Assembly: GCA_002104945.1 (NCBI GenBank)
Contig: MCFH01000055.1
Span: forward strand, 186,001-250,000
DNA length: 64,000 nt
Direction of reading: 5' to 3'
DNA from: Piromyces finnis finn
Lineage: Eukaryota; Fungi; Neocallimastigomycota
In this document: in pieces, positions 11,801-25,849 of the stretch
Numbering within the stretch: the stretch's first letter is position 1
Layout: each line of letters starts with the position of its first letter
Program-made: the position numbers and the translations under genes
The notes under the pieces: generated by a model
Seen by the model: only the letters and a program-made list of their open reading frames with translations
The model's database searches: none
What the model was told of the DNA's origin: nothing

Positions 11801-13764
11801 TAATAATCGGAATGAATAAAGTTTTTTGTTTTCTTTTTTTAATTTTTTGTATTCATCTACATTTTATCTAATTTAAATGTTAAAAAAAATTGATGAAATT
11901 CACAAATATACTATTAATATATGTCATATCATTTATTTTAATATAAATATATATTTCTATTGAATGGCTCATCTCTCATTCTAAATAAAGCTTATTTATT
12001 ATACTTTTTTGTTTATTATTTTAATAGTTATTTAAACCAATATTTAACATTTTTTGAGGGTAGAAAATAAATCAATAAAGATAATAATTTGTTATATTAT
12101 ATATTTCAATATTTATTATATTTTAAAAATATATCTATATTATATTTTAATAAACTAATTAATTTTATCTTTTAAATGCTAGATTAAATTCTGGAATATA
12201 TAAAAAGTAGAACTTATAAGAAATAATGAATTATATTTAATCTTTGTATGAAATATTAAAATTTAATTAAATTATAGTTTATTTTATAATATTTTTTATT
12301 ATTATTTAATTAAAAAAGACATATTATTCGTTCATATATTACAATAAATAATTTGAAGTATTTATATTAAAAAACTTCATTTAATTATTGTTAATATTTT
12401 TTATATAACTAAGATTTCTTTAAAAAAAAAAAAAGGATTAGTTAATAGAAACTTTAATACTATTCATTTACTATAAAACCGTATATCCAACTGAATAAAG
12501 TTCTTTTAATAAAATTTTTAATTTATGTTTTTTAATAGTTGCTGTTTTTATTATACTATTTCTTTAATATTAATATATACTAAAATTATAATTGTAATAA
12601 TAAATTTATTAAAGTAAGTCAAGTCAGTAAATTTAATATCATCAATTAAAAATATTAATAACCAATATATTATTTTTGTAATGGTGTATGTCTATAAATA
12701 TATTATTATATATTTATTATTATTATATGAATTATACTCTAGAATACAATCATATTAAACAATAACCTAATTTCATATGAATGTTAAATAAAATATTTAT
12801 ATTATAATATATGACTAAATAATACTCTATATAATATTATTTTAATATTATTATATATGTATAAATGAATTAAATTATTAGTTAGTAATGTTTTCATTAC
12901 ACAATTTTATTAATATATTTTATTTAATAATATTTTTAATAAATAAATAATTTATATTATTACACAAGTATATAACTATTTATTTATATAATTTTTTATG
13001 TGAAAATATAATTGATTATATATATTATCAATTATTGAAATTATATATTCTATACAAAATTATTATATGGTATTACAAAAAAAATAGGAAATGATTTTTT
13101 TTTATTTAAAAAAGATTTTTTCTCTTTCATTTTTCAATATTAAAATAAATTTTGTTTTTTTGTTTATAAATAAAAAATAATAACAATAAAAAAAAAAGGA
13201 AGAGTAAAAAAAAAAATAATAAAATTTAAAATAATAAAATTTAAAATATAGATTATTTTAAAATTATTAAGATAAAAAGTAATTTTTAGAAATATAAATT
13301 TTATTGTATAATAAAAAATTATTAAAAAGAAACAATTTTGCAATAATAAATTTTAAAATAATATAAAATAATTATTTTTTTTAAGTTGATTTTAAAAAAA
13401 TAATTCTTATTTAAAAATTATTTTAAAATTAAAAAAAATAATTATTTTATATTTTGTAATATATATAAATAAATATATAAATACATAAAATTATTGTATT
13501 ATATAATAAAATAAATCTTAACAATTTTAAAGTAAAATGAATTAAACAAAAAATAATAAACTAAATAAAACTAAATAACAATAAAACACAAAATTATATA
13601 AAATAAATTAAATAACAAAATAACAAATAAACAAATTAAACTAAATAAAATAAAATAAAATTATTAATAATACATAATATTTAAGTAAGTTTATAGTTAT
13701 TATTATTTTATTTTATTAATATTAAGTAAGTGTTAACATTTATTTATTTTATATATTTATAGAA

Positions 13765-15555
13765 ATGATGTCAAATCAAACAAATATACTCGAAGCAGTG
13801 AATCAATTAAGATACTTCTTAAGTTCTGCTCACTTAAATTGGGCAGTAAATCAAACATTAAAACGTTTTCAATTGCCAAATGGTGAAACAATATCATGTG
13901 TCTATTGGAAAAATACTTTTTATATAACAGGTACTGATATTGTAAGATCCCTCGTCTTTCGTTTCCAAGCATACGGCAGGCCCGTAAAGAATATCAAAAA
14001 GTTTGAAGAGGGTATCTTTTCTGATTTAAGAAATTTAAAGCCAGGAGTTGATGCAATTTTAGAAGAACCAAGATCTGAATTTTTAGAAATGTTATATAAA
14101 AATAACTGTATCAGAACTCAAAAGAAGCAAAAAGTTTTCTTCTGGTTCTCAGTTCCACATGATCGCTTATTTATTGATGCTTTAGAACGTGATCATAAAA
14201 GAGAAGCCGAAGGTAAGGAACCTTCCACTGTTGCTCTTCAAAGTGCTCCACTCCTTGAAGCTATGGCAATGAATCCACAAACAAAAATACCAAATAATTT
14301 AAAACAATATTCCACTGCTTCTAATAAAGCTACTCTTCCATCTCAACAAAATACAAATAATGTTAATTATTATATAAATTCAAATGAAAGACCACAATTA
14401 CAACCAATCAATACAAATATTAGCCAAGATAAAGCCGTTAATATGAATTATCCAATGGTACAAACACAAGTTGTACAAATGGTACAACAACCAGTATATC
14501 AACAACAAATGTATACTCCAGTTCAAAATTCTACACCAGTATATAATAATACTCAATATGTTTTAACACAACCACAAAATAATCAAATGATGACTCCAAC
14601 TTCTGCAGTTGGTGTTGATCAAATGACTCCAACTATGAATAATGTACAAGTTGTTAGTTCTCCACAAATTATCACCTACCAACAAGGTCAAATAATAAAT
14701 AACCAAGTTACTCCAATCACTACTTATGCTCAAGAAGGGCTGGGCCAATCTGAAGTTAAGAGTGGTGAAATGATTAATACTCCAACTATGATTAACACTC
14801 CAATTGTATATACTACTGTAAGTTCATCTACCCAATCATCTCCAGATTCATTAGAAAGTGAAGAAATTGTATTTGGTGAACAAGAAAGTAAAGAAGAATA
14901 TATTTACACATGTGAAGTTAAGGGTTGTGGAAGAAAATTTAAGCGTGCAGAATTTTTAAGAAGACACCAACGTTGTCATAAGACTGATTCTGGATATGGA
15001 AAGGAAATGCTTCAACGTCAATCCAGTGTAAATAAGCTTAAAATCCAAACTCCATATATTATAAATACTCAATCTCAATACACTCCACAAACTGTTAGTT
15101 ACATTCCAAGTACTGGAATTTCTACTCCAATTTCTTCTAACCCAATAAATCAAATGCCATCACCACCAACTAATGACGTTAGTTACAATAATGTAATTAT
15201 TAAAAATGAAATGTGCAATCCAATTTCTCCAAATGAAACTAATGGTGCTTATTATGCAGGTGAAGTTAGTCCAGTCACTAGTAACCAAACTTCACCAATT
15301 ATTGTTACAACCGCTGGAGCTGTATACACTAGTAATGTTACTGTTACTACTTCTTCCCAAGCTGTTAATGGTAGTACATTATTCCCTTCTATTACTGAAA
15401 GTCAAACTACTTATGTTCAAACTCCAATAATTCAAACTGATTCTACTACCAGTGTTTGTCAAATGCCATCCCCACCACTTCAATATCAACCAAATTACAC
15501 ACAAGTAACATATCAATCACAACCAGTATACACTACAGCAACTCCAATTTATTAA
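13765..15555 (+). CDS. STE12: Ste12-like transcription factor (STE domain plus a single C2H2 zinc finger)
   Basis: STE domain signatures ITGTDIVR, KKFEEGIFSDLRNLK and CIRTQKKQKVFFWFSVPHD. One C2H2 finger, CEVKGCGRKFKRAEFLRRHQRCH. The CDS is intronless; there is a probable 5'UTR intron (GTAAGT 13685 ... TAG 13762). Confidence 0.95.
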   Translation: MMSNQTNILEAVNQLRYFLSSAHLNWAVNQTLKRFQLPNGETISCVYWKNTFYITGTDIVRSLVFRFQAYGRPVKNIKKFEEGIFSDLRNLKPGVDAILEEPRSEFLEMLYKNNCIRTQKKQKVFFWFSVPHDRLFIDALERDHKREAEGKEPSTVALQSAPLLEAMAMNPQTKIPNNLKQYSTASNKATLPSQQNTNNVNYYINSNERPQLQPINTNISQDKAVNMNYPMVQTQVVQMVQQPVYQQQMYTPVQNSTPVYNNTQYVLTQPQNNQMMTPTSAVGVDQMTPTMNNVQVVSSPQIITYQQGQIINNQVTPITTYAQEGLGQSEVKSGEMINTPTMINTPIVYTTVSSSTQSSPDSLESEEIVFGEQESKEEYIYTCEVKGCGRKFKRAEFLRRHQRCHKTDSGYGKEMLQRQSSVNKLKIQTPYIINTQSQYTPQTVSYIPSTGISTPISSNPINQMPSPPTNDVSYNNVIIKNEMCNPISPNETNGAYYAGEVSPVTSNQTSPIIVTTAGAVYTSNVTVTTSSQAVNGSTLFPSITESQTTYVQTPIIQTDSTTSVCQMPSPPLQYQPNYTQVTYQSQPVYTTATPIY

Positions 15556-17003
15556 AAAAGACAAAACGTACAAATCATAACGTAAAACATTATTATTTTA
15601 ATTTTCAAACTGGAGTTATATATAAATATATTTATTTATAGAAACACTTTAGTTTTTATTTTTAGATATTTATTATTTATGAGAAAAGTATTTGACTATA
15701 TATAATATATTGTATATATCAGATTTCTTTTCTATTTTTAAAAAGATGAACCAATAATCTTTACAAACCACTATTTATTATTATAATAGTAAATAAGATA
15801 ATTTATTTTCTATTTTTTATTACATTTCAATTTTTTTAGAAAAATGTTAAAACTTTTGACGAGTTGATCTCTAATAAAGGTTTAATTTTTTTTAAAATAA
15901 AGAAGTAATTAAAAAATAGAGAAATGTATTATTTAGAAAAAGTAAATTGTTTTATTTATGAAAAAGATTCCCAATGGTTTAATTGATTATTTTCTTTTTG
16001 AAATTAAGAAAACGCGTATACTGAAAATGATGATATATACAAAGGGTAGTTTGGTTGTCAAATATTTATCATATAAATAGCATCACAATTATTTATTTTA
16101 TTAAATAAATACCAATTATTTACGAATTCAAATCAGCGTTAATTTATAAAATACCAGTATAATCAGTATATTATGTTTTTTTAACATGATATCTATTTAT
16201 ATTTTTTAAACATAATTATAAATGAAGTCGATTATATTTTAGATTTCATAATTATATTTAACAAAAAACAAAAAAATATAAAAATAGAAAACAATAAGAT
16301 TATTAAAATTATCAATAATAATAGCATAAGATATTATAAAAATATTAAGAAATATAAAGAAGTAAAAATAGATTTATTCTTTATGAAAAAGTTTTCTTAA
16401 TATTTTTTCGTTTATAAAGAAAAATATCTTAATTTTAAATTGATAAATTTAATATAATATATCTATTAAACGAAGAGAATATGAAAACTAGAGGCAAATT
16501 AGTAAAAAAGAGAAATATGGATAGCTTTGGAAATTTTATAGTGTTGATCATGAAAAATTTTCCTTTAAAAGTTGCCCATTTTTTATTTTTTATATTAATA
16601 ATTTATCTCTTGTTTTTAGTAATTTTTTTATGCTTGATAGAATAATATAATTAAATTTTAATGTTTAAAATTTTAAAAATAGAAAATAAATAAAAATATT
16701 AAAAAGTAAAAAGAAAGATTAATGGAATTTGTTTTTTTTAAAGTTTGGTGTTTTTTTTTTTTTTTTAAATTATTATTGTTAAGAGATGGGCAGAGATTAT
16801 TTTGTTAGGGTTTATAAAGTTAATAATTAAGCTTATTAAGAAATGCTTGAATCAAGAGAATCGACGTTGTACCGATATAGTGGCAAAGGAACAATCTTGA
16901 TGTTTTGTACAAATGGTTCAAAATTAATATTTCTTTGAAGTGTTTAGTAGACATCACACTTATACACCTGATGTTACTTTTCTTTTTTATTACATTTAAT
17001 TAA

Positions 17004-17165
17004 GTAGGGACCAATCCTTCTCGGTAGAAATGTAACACATACTATTTTAATCCCTAAATCCGGGAAGAAAGAAATCGATTCATTAATATCGGTAGTTTAC
17101 AAGTTTAAATATGATCTGTTTTACAATTATTCCAAGTAAATCCAATAGAATAATTTGGATTCTTA
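17004..17165 (+). pseudogene. Decayed non-LTR (LINE) reverse transcriptase fragment
   Basis: It reads across a stop and frameshifts as GTNPSR*K..TILIPKSGK..YR..SL..*FGF, resembling the LINE RT N-terminal pattern G..P..WK....IPK.GK....YRPISL...Q.GF. Locally GC-richer. Confidence 0.5.
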
Positions 17166-17207
17166 CATGAAGTGTGGTAATTTACTCATTATAGTATGGT
17201 TTTATAA

Positions 17208-17295
17208 TGTGAAAATAAAATATGTTTCAAAATAATATTTATGTATTTTTTATGTATTTGTATTTTATAAAATTATAAATTAATATTGTATCACA
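17208..17295 (+). repeat. Isolated (solo-like) copy of the Copia LTR
   Basis: 88 bp, TGTGA...TCACA terminal inverted repeat, about 93% identical to 4450-4538. No internal Copia sequence is adjacent and no clear TSD. Confidence 0.8.
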
Positions 17296-19462
17296 TTTTT
17301 TTTTTTTTTTTTTTTTTTTGATTATTTTTAAAGGACGGAAGGGCCTCTAATTTTTTCTATTCCTCAATGATAATTTCTTGTGGATTAGCATTATTATTCG
17401 ATTCCTTATCATAATTTCCTCTTTGCCTTTCGATGCCAAAGCTCTCAGCAATATAGTTGGTCTAATGTTGGTACTTTTATAAATCAATCCTTGGGTGAAA
17501 GTCACAAATCACAATCGACATAATATAAGAATACAGGAAAGAAGACTTTTTCGAAAAGAAAATTGTGATTCTCCTGTTACTTATCTTCATAAAGCATGTA
17601 GAAAAACATGCGAATCAAAAGGTCATTATATGATGAATATTATAATGGATATAGTATAGGAAAATATTCTATGGTCTTTTTAAATATTCCAGATGATTTT
17701 TAAAATCCATTTACAAAATGTGGTGCTTTAGTTGATGTTAGTGTTAATGCTAATGATAGTAACAGTTATTATTCAGCTTATAATAATAACGTTTTAAATA
17801 GAAATATGAAAAAGAGAGTTGCAGTTGAAATGAAAAAAATAAATAAACGTTGTTTAGTTGGTGGTGGATGATGTCCATGTTAAGATCAATTTATATATAT
17901 ATATATATATATACATTTAATGAATATCTAGTAGTTTTTAAAACTTTCTATGATGGATGATGTATATATACGTATATATTATTGATTACATTCAATATTG
18001 TATTATTCCATTTTATACTATTTAATATAATATATCATTTTTTGCCTATTAAAAAAAAATAGATTTTATGAGATTTTTTTTTTTAAATAAATAATTCTTA
18101 ATTTTAATAATGATGAATAGATAAATAAATTCAAAAAAAAAAAAAAAAAAAAAAAAATTTGAACTATAGGTTTAAAAGAAAAGAGGAAGGAACTTTATTT
18201 CCCGGAGCATTGCTTATAAAACCTAATACTTACATTTTATATATATTTAGATACAATGAACTAATAAACAAAGAGTTGGGCAAAAAATTATATATTATAT
18301 TAAATAGTTATAATTATCATCATTTTATTATTTGTATATTTATATCCATATGCTTTATTCCTATTTTTTAATATTTATTAATAGTTTATATATAGCTATA
18401 ATAAAAAGCCTATAAATTTGTATATATATTTATATATTTATATATTAATCTTATTGTATTCATAATTAATTATTAATAACAAAATATCTAAATATGACTC
18501 AAATAGTTTACTCCTCACTACCTGCCTATCTATTTTATAATGGCGAATAAAGTATATAAAAGTCCTATTCATTCAATACATTGATTATTGTATTGTAAAT
18601 GATTTAATGTAATGTATTTTTTGGTTTATTTACAACAAAAAATTTCATTTCATTTAATTATTGATGGATTTTTTTTTTTTTGTGTAAAACTATACTTTTT
18701 TTTGAATATTTTCATAGAATTTTATGCAAAACTTTTTTTTTGTTTTACTTGATAGGCTTATTATTTATGAAAAGTAGTGGCAAACCTTTTTTTATTTATA
18801 TATTGTCAATAAGTTTATAATAATAATAATTAGGATAGTGCTAAAAAGAATAATTTTTAAATATTAATTTAAGTTATAAGAAAAATATTATATTTGAAAT
18901 AAAATCATATTTATTTTCACCATTTCCTTCTTTTTCTTCTTTTTTTTTTTTTTTTCACTTTTACCTTTTATTTTCATTTTATTTAAAGTCTTTTGTTCAA
19001 AAAATGAATCAAAAATGAATAATGCTTTTTTTTATTATTTATATATTTATTAATTAAAGTTTTATAATATTGGAGAAATCTACTAAGAAAATAAATTAAA
19101 AATAAATTAAAAAGAAAACTTTAACAAATATAATATTTTTTATTTAGTTACACAATACATTGAAATAGAATCCTTCATCTTCATTTCTATTTGATAGTTA
19201 CTATGAATATATTACAATACATTAATATTATATTATTTATATATATTCAACATTAAAAAAAAAAGTGTTACAAATAAAAAAAAAACTTAAAACTGTCACT
19301 CTTTATTACTATTTTTTTTTTTATGTATAGGAATAATTTTGAACAATTCTATTTCTTTTTATTTTACCTTATTTTTTATATCTATATATCTATTTTCTTT
19401 AGTTATCCTGTTAAATAAAAAATAACTTAAATATTTAAACATTTATTTTTTCAGTTAATTTA

Positions 19463-20218
19463 ATGCATTATTTGAAATTTCTAGTATTTTTTTCCATTAT
19501 TTTAACTTTGGTATTATCCAATGTTATTGATGCCATACTATTAAAAAAAAGGAGTTTACATATAGCTCTTGAAAAGAATGATTTTAAAAGTATTAATAAA
19601 GATTGTTATGAAGATTTATTGAATCTTGATGAATGTCTTCATGGTATTGATGAAGCAAGTAATAAAATAACAAAAGATAATTACAAAAACGTTTGCATTG
19701 TTTATAATACCAATAAATGTCAAAATTTTATAGAAAATCCCATGAAGTCATTAAAAAATTGTAATGGTACTATTCTTGTTCAATTATTAGATAAATCCAT
19801 AGTAAATTTATTAAAATCATATATGAATATTATTTGCTCAAAAGATGAGAATGATAGTATATGCCCGATGGGTGACCTTTATCTTTCAGAAAATATGGCC
19901 AAGGGTAACTTAACAAAAGTATTGAATAATACTTGTAAATCAAAAAAATGTATTGATATTACCGTTCAATCTTTAAGAGCATCTATAGATTATTCAAAAG
20001 ATATTGAAAATCTTGGCCATATGATTAAAGGTGAAGTTAATAAGAAAGAAGAGAAAAATGTCAATACCATGATACAATATTTAAAAAGCGATACATGTAT
20101 GGCTATGACCAACACTATAAGCCATGCTAGTTCTTTAACATTTAATTATGTTTCAATTTTAAGAATCATATATAGTTTAGTTTTTTTTTCATATAGTTTC
20201 ATTAATTTTTTTTATTGA
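19463..20218 (+). CDS. Secreted, probably GPI-anchored Cys-rich protein of unknown function
   Basis: Intronless 251-aa ORF with a hydrophobic N-terminal signal peptide, a KKR dibasic site near residue 30 and 10 Cys. It ends in a small-residue stretch (SHASS) followed by a hydrophobic C-terminal tail. Confidence 0.8.
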   Translation: MHYLKFLVFFSIILTLVLSNVIDAILLKKRSLHIALEKNDFKSINKDCYEDLLNLDECLHGIDEASNKITKDNYKNVCIVYNTNKCQNFIENPMKSLKNCNGTILVQLLDKSIVNLLKSYMNIICSKDENDSICPMGDLYLSENMAKGNLTKVLNNTCKSKKCIDITVQSLRASIDYSKDIENLGHMIKGEVNKKEEKNVNTMIQYLKSDTCMAMTNTISHASSLTFNYVSILRIIYSLVFFSYSFINFFY

Positions 20219-22506
20219 AAGAATATTATCCTCATAATTAATAAAGGATGCTAATAAACATTTATAAAAAATATTTTAATGCTTACAAAATTCTAATACT
20301 ATAATAAGCATAAAATAAAAGAAAAAAAGATATCATGTTATTTATATAGAACCATTTAATATTTATTATTGTTATTTTAAATATTCTTTTATTATATAAA
20401 AAAAATTAAATAATAAAGTATTTTTTTTTATTTTGAATAAAAAATAAAGTGTTTGAATAATGCAATTTTTCATTATTCACCATCAAATAAAGAATAATCA
20501 AGATGAAATTAAAATGCATATAATTCAATTTTCCATCTTATAGATAAACTGCTGATAAGTTGAGTAAATAAATAAAAAACAAACTTTTTCAATACTTTAT
20601 TATACTAAATAAAAAAGAATCCCTTATAAAAACTTTTTTTTTATAATTTCCACTATTAATACACCACACCTTAGACCATCATCCTTTTTTTTCAGTGGAA
20701 TACCTATTTATTTATTTAATTAATGAATTAGACATTTCATATTTAATAATAATTAAGTTTTTCGCTTGATATCCTAGCCAAAAAAAAAAAAAAATTAATT
20801 TAAATATAACATTAATTAAATAGTTTATTATTTATCAAACTTTATATATATGCTTTATATATTATAATATATTTAATAAATTGAAAATAAATTTTAAATA
20901 TCACACAAACATCATTTATTAATATATGATATTTTAAATGGAAATTCAAATATTGAAATAGTATTTAAAAACATTCCAGTCCAATCATTTTTTAAAATAA
21001 AAGTTTGATACATATTGTATACATTATGAATTATATTAGAAATGGAAAGGAACATAAAAATAGCATGACATATTTTGATGATGAACCATATCAAATTTAA
21101 AAAAAAAATAGATAAATGAATAGTTTATAGTTTATTTATAATGAAAATAAACTATACAATGCATACCAATAATAAAAGTTGAAAAATCAATATTATTTTA
21201 TTATTTCATATTCTGTCTTTTTTTATTCATATTTCATTATAAATCATTCATTTTCATTATTATCATAACTATCATATTTAATATATATTTTTCATCTATT
21301 TGAAATTTTCAATAATTTTTAATTATGGAAAATTTATAATTTATTTTTGCCATTACATTCAATATATTGATATATATTATAATATATGGTCAAATATAAT
21401 TAAATTATAAAGGTTTAATTTTTTATTATTAAAGAATAATTACACAGAAAATTTAAAAAAAATTATAAATATAAAAAAAAAAAAAGATTTCTTTTTTTAT
21501 TCTATTAATATAGTTTAAAAAAAAAAATAAAAAATTGAATTGAATTAAAAAAAAAAAAGAAAGAATAATAATAAGAAATAATAATAAAAAAGTTATTTTT
21601 TTAAAGCAATTTATGGTTATAAATAATAAAATATATATTATAAATACACATATATATACATTGAAAAAAAAATAATTAATTTCCAAATATAACTAGTGTA
21701 ATAATAGTAAAAATTAAAAGTAATATAAAATAAAACTTGATAAAATATACTTTATCATTTTGTATTTTAAAAGTATATTTTTTAGATGGAATAAAAATAG
21801 TAATAAAGAAATTATTTTTATTAAATGAATAGAAAAAAGATTATATATAATAATATTGATTTTATAATCTTTTAGTTCTTTTTATATATATATATATATA
21901 TTCATTAAAACGAAAAAAAAAAAAAATTGAATTTAAGCAATATATACATTGTTAATTTATTAAACAGTTTATTTAATTAATATCTATAATAATTATATTT
22001 ATAAACAAGAAATAAAATTGGGAATATTTAATTGAATAAATTATACTATTAAAGAACAATAAGAAATTTTTTTGAAATCTATTTTTATGAAAAAAAACAA
22101 GTTTTATATTATAAAGATGTTTTAGTTATTATAAAAGGAAAAATATTCACATTTATAATATTCAATAATAATAGTAGTAACACTTATAAAAAAGGAAAAA
22201 TAAAAAATACACAACAATTAATAACAATAAAAAACGAATGATAACAATTTAATGTAAAAGTTCTTTATTAATACAAACAAAAAAATTTATTTTAATATTC
22301 TTGAAATTCAAATTATCTTTTATCTATTTAAATTAAAAAAGTAAAAATATACATATAAATAACAATAACAATAATAAAAAGAAAAAGAAGAAAAAAAAGG
22401 TTTAGTGGACAATTATCATAATTGTAGTAATAAAAAATAATCAATAAAATAAATATTTTTTAATTTTAAACCATATTATCGTAAATATTTTGTAACATAT
22501 ACGTAA

Positions 22507-24012
22507 ATGAATTCTAAAAAAGATCAGGAAGACTATAGTGGCTTTATAAATAAAAATATAGATGTAATAGCAATTACATTAATAATAATATGCATATTAT
22601 TATTGATATGTTGTGCTCTTCTTTCTTATATGGTATTTTCATATAGAAATGAATTAAAAAATTTTAAAAAGGAAATTTTTAATGATGCTATAATAGAAAG
22701 AAAAAATGTAAATAATGATATATTGAATATAACTCCTGTTGATAATATAGATGTCACCGCAAATCCGAATAATTTAAAATCAATATCAGTGGTACCAGCA
22801 ACAGTTCTAGAAAACGATAGTATGAATGATTTTACCATATATAATTCTCTTTCTTCAAAAAGTTACAATAAAAACCTTATATCGATGAATAATGAAGATA
22901 ATGTTATCACTAATTATGCTTCACCTAAACAAGCTTATGAAACAACTCCTACTTCAAATGTAAATGATTATCTTACACATAGTTATAGTTATAGTGCTAA
23001 TCTAGATAAATCCAATAAATTTCAATATAATCATCGTAAGAATAAGTCATTAGTTAATAATAGTTCAATACTAAATAGTAGTTCGTTAATTAATAACAAT
23101 CATAAACGATTACCGTCGATAAAAAAACCGAAGAATTTATATGAGCGTCAAAGTAGTATTTCCTCTACCCTTGGCTCTGTAAAAAGTATGTTAAAAAGGC
23201 ATTATTCTATTCGTTCCAAAAATCATTCTAGAAATCATTCTACAAATTCAAAGGTATATAATTATATTCTCATAATACTATCAAACTATATAATAATGAT
23301 AATAAATTAAACTAAAATTAAATGTAAAACCTTATATTTTTATTGATTTTCATCATTTTTTTAGATACCCAGTATTCTTAAACAAAACAATATACCATTA
23401 AATTTTATAAATGAAGAATTGGATAGTAAATCATTATCACTTAATGAATATTGTCAATCTGTTGCGTCCTCATCCGCGACGGATAATAATAATAACCTAA
23501 AACAAAAATTGAATTATTTATCTTCGTCATCCAATAAAATAAAATTTGATGAGGATTTACCTATTACTGATATATTAATTCCACCTTCATCATCTTATTC
23601 TTATTCATCCAAAACAGTACTGTGTAATAATTCCTATGAAAATTACAATACTATTTATAATGATATAAATAATGAAGAATTTATAAACACTGTAAATAAT
23701 CTAGAATTAAATAATATGTACAAAGAAAATTACAATTCCAATAAAATATACCATATGATATACAGTAATAAAAAACCTGAAGATTCTATCTATTCTCTTT
23801 CACCATTTTCTAATTATTCGGATAATATATCTTATATGAGTAAATTTGTTAATGAACCAGAAAATGAAGATGATACCAATCATCAAAATAATGATGATTT
23901 AAACCGTGAATATCATAGACAAGAATTACTTAGTATACCAGATACGAATAAAATGAATATGAATTCAATAGATATATCTTCTTTAAATATAGAATATAAA
24001 AAGGAAGAATAA
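22507..24012 (+). CDS. Single-pass membrane protein with Asn/Ser-rich cytoplasmic tail (2 exons)
   Basis: TM helix IAITLIIICILLLICCALLSYMVF. A GT..AG intron at 23254-23364 joins ORFs 22507 and 23419 in frame (phase 0). Confidence 0.75.
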
Positions 24013-25849
24013 ATCTAAAAATCTCAAAAAAAAAAAAAAATTTTTTTTGTAAATATTTATTATATCTTTTTCTTTCTTTCCTTTTTTTTTTTTTTTTATT
24101 TTTATTATTACAATATAGACAAAAAAGATAATAGTAGTAAAATAAAGTTAAAAAAAAAAAAAAAATCAAGTAAATTATAGAATTCTAATGATAATCATAC
24201 TAAAGACGACTATTTTTCTATTCTTCAATTATTATATATATATAAGATGTAAATACACACATATATATAGAAACTTTTTTTTTTTTTTTAAAAAAAAATC
24301 ACATATTTCATAATACTTTTAATTAATATTTACAATTCACGAAATAAAATTAATTTCAAAAAATAAATGTAGAATGTAAACAAAAGATTATTATATTTTA
24401 ATTCTTTTAAAATAATAATAATAAAAAAATCAAATAGTATATATTATTTTCCATTTAAATTAATTATTTAACATTTTTTTTAATAGAGTGTTGTTTGATT
24501 ATATTTCATTTTTATTTATTTATTATTTTTTTATGAATATATGGTATGTGGTATACTTATAACTAATATAATAATATTGTTTATTTCTTCTTTTAATAAT
24601 TTAACCATCTACTTAAATAATTATAAATGAAAATAAATTAATAAAGTTTCTTTAGATAAAAGAAAAGTAGATAAAATATGGATGAAAATAGGTTAAAATT
24701 AATAATGATATACATTATTATCACTATAATGTATATACTTTTATTGTAATATTTAGAATATATTTAGAATAACAATGCATGAATAAATGGTTCAATTAAA
24801 TATTTTTCACCATCACTTTTAAATAAAACTTTATTAAATTTATTTCTTTCCATTAAAACTTTAATTGACATTTATAGGTTACACAAAGAATAGTATTAAT
24901 TTTTATTTTTTTTTATTTTTTTTTATTTGGAAGAAGAGAGAAAGTGAAAAAAAAAAAAAAAAAGGTTTAATACCTATCATTAGTAATAACATTGAAGCTC
25001 TTTTTTTTTTTTTTTTTTTACTATATTAATAATAATTTATAAAAGAATACAAATACTATTTTTTTTTAATAATTATATTTTATAATTAGTACAACACTAA
25101 TGAAACTTTTTTTTTATTCGTTGCTAGTAATAATTTACTTTTCTGGTTTAGTTGATGTTAAAAAGTAATATGTAATATCATTTTAATTAAGAATAGAAAA
25201 AAAAAAAAAAGAAATTAAGAAGTATTTTTCAGTAACACTTATTAACATTTATTACTTGATAATTATGATAATTGATATGTATAATTTATAATAAAAAAAA
25301 TAAATATAAAATGTAGATATATAATTGCCATACTAAGCATAATTTAAACATTAAATCGATAATATTATTAAAAAAAAAGGTTTATTTCTTTTATCAAAAA
25401 TATAATTTAAAGTATTAAATCAGTATAAAAGGTTTAATATGAAAATTAAAAAAATTCTATAAAATTCTATTTTTATTCTTTTTCTTTTCTTCTTTTTCAT
25501 TTTATAACTTGATTTTTTTAATATTACAAGAAAAGAAAAATGAAATAAATCTTTTAAAGTTTCAATATACTTTAATTATTATTTTTTTTGCAAAAAAGAA
25601 AACTTCATCTTAAAAGAAAATTGAAAAGAATTAATTTAGTTTTTACTTTTTTAATAGTTTTTTTTTTAAAATTTTATTATATTTATTTTAATGAAATGAT
25701 TGGTAAAAATTTAAAAAAAATAAATATTCATATTTTTTTTTTTTTGGAATATAAAATTTTATTATATATAATAATTATTAATTAAATATAAAAGAAATTC
25801 TTTTTTTTTTTTCTTTAAAATAATAATAATATAAAATCCAAATTTTAAA

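Noticed and set aside
17203-17300. Target-site duplication around the second LTR copy
   Set aside because: The flanks TATAA and TTTTT do not match, so true solo-LTR status is unproven.
17690-17883. Fragment NPFTKCG...KKR...KRCLVGGG*CPC*, suggestive of a KR-processed pheromone-like peptide or a Sec (UGA) protein near STE12
   Set aside because: A second in-frame stop lies upstream, there is no start or signal peptide, no repeats and no SECIS evidence; most simply a pseudogenic fragment.
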